Positions 57,412 through 64,000 of a DNA stretch of 64,000 nt are shown here, piece after piece. The first letter of the stretch is position 1. The number at the start of each line of letters is the position of its first letter. This DNA is from an uncultured Actinomycetes bacterium (GTDB lineage: Bacteria; Actinomycetota; Thermoleophilia; RBG-16-64-13). The DNA is taken from the NCBI GenBank assembly GCA_963841735.1, contig CAWJDT010000001.1, forward strand, positions 1,312,001 through 1,376,000, in the 5' to 3' direction. The position numbers and the translations under genes are program-made. The notes below the pieces were generated by a model that saw only the letters and a list, made by a program, of their open reading frames with translations, was not told the origin of the DNA and made no database searches.

Positions 57412-58661
57412 TGATCCACGTCTAGCGTCCTATTCAAGGATGCCATATCGGCGGCGATCCTCGCCGGGCATTTCTGCGTCGCGGGGTTGAGCCGCAGCGT
57501 CACGAAGAAGGCCACCACTGCCACCCCGCAGGCGGCGAAGAAGGGAATCCGGTAGCCGACGTAGTTGAGGACAAACCCGGCCGCCACCGGCACCACCACC
57601 GCGGTGGCGTGGGAGAGGGCTTGTCCCATGGCCAGACTCGGCGCGAGGTCTTTGGGGGCACAGATCTTGCGCAGGTAGGTGGAGCAGCCTATGTACGACA
57701 CAGGCCCGATGATCGCGTAGATGCAGTAGAAGACGCAGGCCATGTACACATTGTTGGCGAGGGCATATCCCACGAGTGCCACGATGTAGGCGATGTTGAC
57801 CAGCGAAAGCGCGCGGCGCTCGCCGTAGCGGTCGATGGCCCGGCCTAGCCGGGGGGTGGTGATGATGCAGGTGAAGCCGATTATGAACATGACGATAGAT
57901 ATGTGCTGTACGTCCAGACCGAAGCGCTTGACCAACACCATGAGCCCGAAGGAAAAGAACACCTGCATCCTGGCTCCATCCAGTATGGAGATCAAGTAGT
58001 ACAGGTGATAGTGCCGGCTCCACACAAGACGCTGGCGCTCGGGGGCCACTTTGCACAACTCTCCCTCATGTAAATGGGGGAAGGGGAGTATCGCCAGTGC
58101 GGCCAACAGGGCTACTCCTCCCAAGATGATGAAGATCGGCCGGTAGGAGAGCCATTGAAATCTGAACAGCACAAAGACCATTGCCAGGGCGGCCATGTTG
58201 CCCATCTGCCCGAGGGCTCCCAAGCGGCCGAGGATGTTGCCGGTCCGCTCAACGGTGGTCAGACTCATGGCCAGGGAGGTCTGCGTCTGGAGGACCGTGT
58301 GCATCCCCAGGCTGGTCAACAGGACCCAGGGCACCACCGATCCGAAACCATCCGCCAGAGAGAAGAGCGCGTAGCCTACACCCACCACCGCCAGCGCGAC
58401 GGCGGTGAGTCTTTGGAGTGAGACGCGGTAGCACAACGCCATGACAAGGATGAGCACGAGCCCGCCGGTCTCCCGCAGGGCCGTGATATATCCGAATTGG
58501 GGCGCCGACATGTGGAGAATGTCGTTGAAGTAGTTGGTGACGATGTTGCTGTGCGCGCTTCCGGCGAAGCCGAAGGCGGCCGACATGACAGCGAGCATGA
58601 TAAAGCCACGGCCGGCCGGGGTTCGCCACATAGTGCGCAAAGGCAGTCCTTTCCTGAGCAT
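57408..58661 (-). CDS. MFS transporter
   Basis: About 12 hydrophobic segments; GRAIDRYGER motif. Start uncertain. Confidence 0.85.
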   Translation of the reverse strand: MLRKGLPLRTMWRTPAGRGFIMLAVMSAAFGFAGSAHSNIVTNYFNDILHMSAPQFGYITALRETGGLVLILVMALCYRVSLQRLTAVALAVVGVGYALFSLADGFGSVVPWVLLTSLGMHTVLQTQTSLAMSLTTVERTGNILGRLGALGQMGNMAALAMVFVLFRFQWLSYRPIFIILGGVALLAALAILPFPHLHEGELCKVAPERQRLVWSRHYHLYYLISILDGARMQVFFSFGLMVLVKRFGLDVQHISIVMFIIGFTCIITTPRLGRAIDRYGERRALSLVNIAYIVALVGYALANNVYMACVFYCIYAIIGPVSYIGCSTYLRKICAPKDLAPSLAMGQALSHATAVVVPVAAGFVLNYVGYRIPFFAACGVAVVAFFVTLRLNPATQKCPARIAADMASLNRTLDVDH

Positions 58662-58809
58662 TTGAAGTGAGGGGCTCCATCCTTCGGGCATGGGGCGACC
58701 TTCTATAAAGATATATTGTAACGCATCGGATTGCGACAAAGCGACGAGTTCGCGCAACACTTCCAGCTACGTGCGGGCGGAGGTGCTGCGCCCGAGGAAG
58801 CGGAGCCGG

Positions 58810-60372
58810 TCAGACGAGCGGGAGTCTTAGCTCAAAGCGCGACCCCGACCCCGAGCTTCCGGCGGAGGCATCGGAGGCGGTGCCGCTCTGTGCCGTGCGG
58901 CTCTGTACGGAGACCGTACCCCCGTGGAGTTCCACGGTGGCTCGTACGATGGCCAAGCCAAGACCGCTGCCGGGGTAGGCCGCTGCATTGCGTCCCCGGT
59001 GAAAACGGGAAAAGAGACCCTCCAGATCGCCAGCCGGGACGCCGATGCCTGTGTCTTCCACCCAGACCAGGGCCGTGTGGCCGTCGGCCTTGGCGCCCAG
59101 GACCACGGAACCGCCGGCGGGAGTGAACTTGAGCGCGTTGTCCAGGAGATTAGCGGCAGCGTTGCGGAGGGCGTCTGCATTGCCTTTCACCAGGAGATCG
59201 CCGGCCGGAAGGTCGAGGCTGAAGTCTACGCCGGCCTGCTCCGCCCGGGACGCGATGTCATCGGCCAGCCGTCTGGCGAGAGGCACCAGGTCGAGCGGTT
59301 CCACCGGCATCGAAAGGGAGCCCCGCTCAAGCCGGGAAAGTCGGAGCAGGTCGATCGATAGATGCTGGATGCGGTCGGTCTGACCGAGCGAACGGCGGAT
59401 CAGTCTTTGCACGCTTGGTTCGCTACTGCCTTGCTGGGCCAGCTCGAGATCGGCCTGGAGCGCGGTCAGCGGCGTTCCCAACTCGTGCGCGGCGTCGGCC
59501 ACAAAGCGGCGAAGGGCTTCCACCGTGTTCTGAGTGGTGGTGGCCATCGCATTGAAGGATGTAGCCAGCCTGCCGATCTCGTCGGCGCGGTCGATCTCGG
59601 CTCGGACCCCCAGGTCGCCGCGGGCCATACTGTCGCTGGCCGCGGTGATCGCCAGCAGGGGCCGGGTCAGCCGCCGGCTGATCATCCAGCCCGCCAGCGC
59701 CGCCAGGATCACCGCGCCGATACCCGCCAACAGCCAGGCGACAACGGTGGTGCGCAGCACAGTGGCGCCGTACGCCGGTCCTTCCGACAGGCGGACCATG
59801 GCTACCGTTTGCCCGTTGGTGGTAAGTGTGGCCGTGGCCGAGCGGTCCGAGCGGGAGCCCCGTGATTCGTCCGCGGCCAAGAGGCCGGAGCCCACAGGGC
59901 TGGGTAGCCGTGCGGAGCCATCTTCTCTGACGGGGTCGTCGTCTCCGTCGGTTCTGCCGTCAGCGTCGTTGCCACCATCATGGGAGTCGACTATGCCGGT
60001 GGGGTCGATGTCGTTCACCGGTCCCGAATCGATCAGGAGGAGCCCTTGGGGATCGAAGACCTCGATGCGCAACTGCAGGGAGAGGGCTTCGATCTTCACT
60101 CTCTGGAGGGCCGCGGCTGTCTCCAGCACGTTTGCGTCTCCACCTGCCGTGACCGAGACCCAGTCAATCGTAGAGAGCTGCTTGATGGCATCCGCGGTTC
60201 CCGCGGCAAGGTAAGACCCCTCTGCCCGGTCGTAGTGGTTGTTGAGCAGCGGCATCAAAATCGCTCCCAGCACGAGCATGGTGAGGAGGGCTACGCCGGC
60301 GAAACTCGCCGGCAGCCGGAGACGTAAGGACATGCCGCGCATCTTGGACGCAAGGCCGGCTGGGAAGCTCAT
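58810..60372 (-). CDS. HAMP sensor histidine kinase
   Basis: AHELGTPL, NLLDNA, DTGIG and GSGLGL. Confidence 0.92.
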   Translation of the reverse strand: MSFPAGLASKMRGMSLRLRLPASFAGVALLTMLVLGAILMPLLNNHYDRAEGSYLAAGTADAIKQLSTIDWVSVTAGGDANVLETAAALQRVKIEALSLQLRIEVFDPQGLLLIDSGPVNDIDPTGIVDSHDGGNDADGRTDGDDDPVREDGSARLPSPVGSGLLAADESRGSRSDRSATATLTTNGQTVAMVRLSEGPAYGATVLRTTVVAWLLAGIGAVILAALAGWMISRRLTRPLLAITAASDSMARGDLGVRAEIDRADEIGRLATSFNAMATTTQNTVEALRRFVADAAHELGTPLTALQADLELAQQGSSEPSVQRLIRRSLGQTDRIQHLSIDLLRLSRLERGSLSMPVEPLDLVPLARRLADDIASRAEQAGVDFSLDLPAGDLLVKGNADALRNAAANLLDNALKFTPAGGSVVLGAKADGHTALVWVEDTGIGVPAGDLEGLFSRFHRGRNAAAYPGSGLGLAIVRATVELHGGTVSVQSRTAQSGTASDASAGSSGSGSRFELRLPLV

Positions 60373-61097
60373 GTTGACGCCGCCAGCCGGTATCCCAGGC
60401 CCGTCACCGTGAGCACCAACTTGGGATCGCTGGGCTCCAACTCGATCTTCTCGCGCAGCCGCCGGATGTGGACGCTGACCGTCTTCTCGTCGTAGCAGTC
60501 GGCGGAATATCCCCACACCTGTTCCATGAGCTGCGTCCGGCTAAAGACCTGGCCCGGGTGCTGGGCCAGAAACACCAACAGCCGGAACTCGGTGGGTGTG
60601 AGGTTGATCTGCTTGTCACCCCGGGTGACCCGGGCCAGGGTGCGGTCGACCACCAGATCGGCTACGTAGAGAAGGTCGGCCTCGGCCGCGGAGAGTTCTC
60701 CATAGGCTCGGCGGAGCAAAGCTCTCACCCGGGCGATGAGCTCGCGCAGTCGGTACGGCTTGGTGAGGTAGTCGTCGGCCCCCATCTCCAGCCCGAGCAC
60801 CTTGTCCACTTCGTCGTTCTGCACCGTGAGGATCAGGATGGGCTGGCGCATTCCCAGGCGACGGATGTCCCGGCAGAAATCGAAGCCCGAGCCATCGGGA
60901 AGGCGCACGTCGAGCACGACGAGGCGGGGGTTCTTGTCGCGCGCATAGGCGACTCCTCCAGCACCGGTGGATTCCCAGTGCACCGTGTAGCCCTCTTGGC
61001 CCAGGCCTTCGCTCAGGCTCTCGGCGATGGCCGGATCGTCCTCGATAAGTAGGATGAGGGTTTCGGTCTTGCCGCTGGTGTCGATTCTGTCTGCCAT
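60369..61097 (-). CDS. OmpR-family response regulator
   Basis: LIEDD, LDVRLP, GADDYLTKP and VHIRRLREK. Confidence 0.94.
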   Translation of the reverse strand: MADRIDTSGKTETLILLIEDDPAIAESLSEGLGQEGYTVHWESTGAGGVAYARDKNPRLVVLDVRLPDGSGFDFCRDIRRLGMRQPILILTVQNDEVDKVLGLEMGADDYLTKPYRLRELIARVRALLRRAYGELSAAEADLLYVADLVVDRTLARVTRGDKQINLTPTEFRLLVFLAQHPGQVFSRTQLMEQVWGYSADCYDEKTVSVHIRRLREKIELEPSDPKLVLTVTGLGYRLAAST

Positions 61098-61139
61098 GGC
61101 TTTGAGCGTACCACCTGGTTCGCCGTGCTAGTAGGGAGA

Positions 61140-61171
61140 GGCGCCGGAGCCTCAGCTGAGGCTCCGGCGCC
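61140..61171. terminator. Perfect 32-bp palindrome
   Basis: GGCGCCGGAGCCTCAG/CTGAGGCTCCGGCGCC. Confidence 0.6.
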
Positions 61172-61204
61172 GGAACGAGGGGGGGTGTAGTAGGGGGCTA
61201 GGTC

Positions 61205-61696
61205 TTAGGAGCCGCTGGTGGAAGTGGAATCGTCGGTGTCCGCACAGTTGTCGCCACGCCCGTGATGGCCGCCGTTGCCGCCGGCCTGGTCGCCGGTCGC
61301 CACGCTGACTACGTTGTAGGAGTCGTCGACATACACGGTGAGCTTGGTGCCGTCGGCCTTCTGCATATGCACTTCATACTTGGCGTTGCCGTCGCCGTCG
61401 GTCTCGACGCGCACTACTGTGACGCCGGGTTCTTTGGCTACTGCCGCCGCCTGCACCTTGGCAAGCGCGTCACCGGTGAGAAGGGTCTCGTCGGCGCGCT
61501 GCTGATCTTTGTCGGTGGTGGCCGTCGTGGCCTCGGTCGCGCCGGTGGCGGTGATTTGCATGATGGCCGTTGAGGTGGCGGGGTCAGTGACGGTAGTCGA
61601 CGATCCGGTCGCGGCAAAGGCCGCCGAACCGATGGACACGGTGAGGACAAGTGCCGCTACCGGTACCACCCACTTCGCTCTGAGGGATTTCTTCAA
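61205..61696 (-). CDS. Secreted PepSY-like protein
   Basis: Signal peptide; AAVAKEPG..V.RVETD...YEV....DG....V.VD. Confidence 0.75.
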   Translation of the reverse strand: MKKSLRAKWVVPVAALVLTVSIGSAAFAATGSSTTVTDPATSTAIMQITATGATEATTATTDKDQQRADETLLTGDALAKVQAAAVAKEPGVTVVRVETDGDGNAKYEVHMQKADGTKLTVYVDDSYNVVSVATGDQAGGNGGHHGRGDNCADTDDSTSTSGS

Positions 61697-61980
61697 CTTG
61701 GTCTCCTTGCACTGTTTGCTGCTGCCCGCGGTTCCCCGGCACCCCTTGGGGTCCCGGCCGCTGGACTCAGTGTGCCCGGCGAAAGATGTGCTGGGGTTAG
61801 CGCGCGGCTACGGTCTCGTAACCGGCTTGGGCGTCTTGGAGCGCATGGTGAGGTTGCGACTCCGCCGCTGAGCACATCAGGCCGGCTGCGGGCGGGCGAC
61901 CTCTTACGCAGGCTCCAGCGGGGCGAGCTGCTTGGCTTTCCTCATTCGCGTCCCATGGGGACCATCGGCGCAAGATGCCC

Positions 61981-62130
61981 CAAGAAGATGCAACAGGAGG
62001 CCGCGGGCTGGTGCGTGGGGAACGCGGCTGAGTTTCTTGGATTGACCCCAGAGGAAGCGGCCTTCGTGGAACTGCGGTTGGATCTCGCGCTCTACCTTCG
62101 AGAACTTCGTCGGACAAACGGGTGGGCCGG
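61981..62130 (+). pseudogene. XRE/HigA-like antitoxin remnant
   Basis: EAAGW.VG.AAEFLGLTPEEAAFVELRL.L; truncated before the HTH. Confidence 0.6.
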
Positions 62131-62583
62131 ATCATCGGGAAGGTGGCCTAGGCACTTCTCCACGTGTAGCTGAGAAGAAGCCGGTAAGTATTGGTGCGTG
62201 GACGGGCCGGCGTTCTCCATGGCGGAGCTTAAGGAGCTGCCGGACGAGTTGTAGGCGCCGACGCCGACCTGCCGAGGTGCGGGGGCCCGGGCGGTGATGC
62301 TTACCGCGGCGGTGACCAGCCGCCGGTCACGAATAGCCACCCCGGGTGTGACGACGACCGTTGAGGTTTTGGGCAAAGTCTTGTGATGTTCGTATTGGGA
62401 CGCCGAAAGGCGCCCCTCATGTTGGGGAACATATGCTTGACGGGCCACAAGGGCGCAGATAGAGTTCTGGAGGGCTTGCTGGCCTCTGCTGTCTGCTGGG
62501 GCAGGAAGTATCGCTGTTGTTTGCCCTGGACCCTGTTGTGGCGAAGTCGTGTGAGGAAGGGTGCTGCATGGACTACTTGACTC

Positions 62584-63093
62584 ATGTCTGACGAGGTCTT
62601 GGCCGCAGTCATCATCGGTGCGGCAACCATCTTGGCTACCGTGGTCGGTGTCGTGCTGGCCGGGATTAGGCGCAAGGACAAGCGTATGGCCTCGACTGAG
62701 CAGTCCACGAGGTCCTATGGCTTGAGGATTGTCTCGCCAGCTTCCGGCTCCCTGGTTGCCCGCGGAGAGGTCAAAGTCTCCGGCGTATTTATGGAGAAGC
62801 CGCCAAACGATTCGCTGTTCCTAATCAACGCTAGCCTGAACGCACCTCTCTACTGGCCATGCGTTGGGCGGCCACCGACAGAGGTGTCGCCACCGACCAA
62901 GACCTGGAGGGCCAGCAGCTGGGTGAATGATGACACGCGGATATTGGTCGTAACGGTTGGCCCTTCGGCTCGTGCTCTGTTTGACTACTACGAGAAGGTT
63001 GGTCAACAAACGGGGCAATGGCCACCGATCACGCGGCTTACACCCGACGTGATTGAGCACGACGAAATAACGGTTCGAGTGCAACGAGCCTGA
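62584..63093 (+). CDS. Hypothetical protein (N-terminal TM plus Ig-like region)
   Basis: ORF with a hydrophobic N-terminus. Confidence 0.55.
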   Translation: MSDEVLAAVIIGAATILATVVGVVLAGIRRKDKRMASTEQSTRSYGLRIVSPASGSLVARGEVKVSGVFMEKPPNDSLFLINASLNAPLYWPCVGRPPTEVSPPTKTWRASSWVNDDTRILVVTVGPSARALFDYYEKVGQQTGQWPPITRLTPDVIEHDEITVRVQRA

Positions 63094-63139
63094 CGCGAAC
63101 TTGCGCTGCATGGAGCCGGAGCGAGGGGTCGGGGGTGGG

Positions 63140-63406
63140 GCCGAGAAGGAGCTCAAGGACACCAAGGAGCGCATCAATGCACTCACGCGTCAGGCGCGGT
63201 TGGCGGTGACGCCCGAAGAGCAGCACGGAGTGCAGGAGCAGATCCGCGAGTTGGAGAAGAAGAAACGCTATCAGCGCCAGCGCATCTTCGAAGTCGACGA
63301 TGAGATCATGGCCAAGCGTGACGCGTTAATAGAGAGACTGGAGAGACGGATGCAGCAACAGACGACGGTGGAGCCACTGTTCACGGTGCAGTGGGCTATC
63401 GTTTGA
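63140..63406 (+). pseudogene. C-terminal remnant of an SNF2-related helicase
   Basis: EKELKDTK...RQRIFEVDDEI..KRD.LI..LE......LFT.QW resembles the tail of SNF2 proteins found with RM/defence loci. Confidence 0.6.
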
Positions 63407-63407
63407 A

Positions 63408-63513
63408 ACAAGTGCTAGAGCTTGTAATGGCCAATTACAAGTGCCATAAGTTGTAATCGCCGGTTACAAGTGCCAAAGCTTGTAATTGTCGGCTGCAAGT
63501 GTTAGAAGTTGTA
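63408..63513. repeat. Tandem 29-bp repeats (about 3.6 copies), each with a TTACAAG-N8-CTTGTAA-like palindrome
   Basis: Units start at 63408, 63437, 63466 and 63495. Confidence 0.85.
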
Positions 63514-63535
63514 CGGCGTCGTACAGACCGTCGAG

Positions 63536-64000
63536 GTGGGCGGCATCAGAACACCAAAGGACAACATATACGCCGTGGTGACAGGCGATGTAGTGGGATA
63601 TACGGCCCTGTCTGAGGATGGGCGCGCCGGTGTTCTGGGCACGCTGCGCTACGCGCACAGTCGGGTTCACCGGCACTACACAGAAAGTATGTCGGCAACG
63701 CTCACCATGTTCCGCGGGGACGGCTGGCAGTTCACAATGTCCACACCGGATCAGTCGCTACGCGCCGCCCTCTTGTTCCGGGCGACGGTGATCTCGCGCT
63801 CTTTGGACACGCGCCTAGCAATCGGCATCGGTACAGTAGACATCTTGCCCGAGGCCCCTGTCTCGGCGGGTGACGGCGAAGCGTTCTGGAGGTCCGGAAG
63901 GGCTTTGGACGATATGTCCCGAGACGAGCGCATGGTTCTCAAAGCACAAGGGTCGCTCGGCTCGATGGACCCGGCCACTGTGGACGTGCTTGTCGCTCTC
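63536..64000 (+). CDS. SatD-family protein (runs off the window edge)
   Basis: YAVVTGDVV, FRGDGWQ, RLAIGIG and GEAF.RSG..LD. Confidence 0.8.
   Translation, partial: MGGIRTPKDNIYAVVTGDVVGYTALSEDGRAGVLGTLRYAHSRVHRHYTESMSATLTMFRGDGWQFTMSTPDQSLRAALLFRATVISRSLDTRLAIGIGTVDILPEAPVSAGDGEAFWRSGRALDDMSRDERMVLKAQGSLGSMDPATVDVLVAL

Noticed and set aside
63408-63513. CRISPR array
   Set aside because: Units are contiguous 29-mers with only about 7 variable bases between palindromes. There are no 30-40 nt spacers and no cas genes in view.

Overview
High-GC DNA from an anaerobic bacterium. The gene style is compatible with an anaerobic Actinomycetota/Thermoleophilia-like or Chloroflexota-like organism, but that is inference only. 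From left to right the window holds: (1) a Wood-Ljungdahl carbonyl-branch operon (rrf2, HMA-like protein, cooS, acsB, acsD, acsC, acsV) with a divergent Cys-rich protein and cooC; (2) a NuoE/NuoF/short NuoG-like (HydCBA-like) diaphorase in an apparent operon with a stand-alone glutamate-synthase FMN-domain protein, divergent from an NrpR-type regulator; (3) thiolase-fold protein + DUF35 and a Thr/Ser dehydratase; (4) a two-component system flanked by rhodanese/cytochrome c and DUF4405/SQR operons; (5) an arsenic island with acr3-arsM and an uncharacterised operon (HdrA-N-like protein, ferredoxin, DGC-GcvH fusion, two DGC proteins, arsR), both preceded by the same palindromic operator; (6) porCDAB, crt, acyl-CoA dehydrogenase, ridA; (7) an IS1111-type IS110 element whose 3' non-coding end carries segments matching its own junctions, followed by an integrase-less integron cassette array; (8) a second 2-oxoacid:ferredoxin oxidoreductase, a CDF, an MFS, a second two-component system, several gene remnants and a satD-like gene behind a tandem palindrome array. 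About eight genes between 22 and 48 kb are frameshifted, probably through sequencing or assembly indels. No rRNA, tRNA or CRISPR array was recognised.
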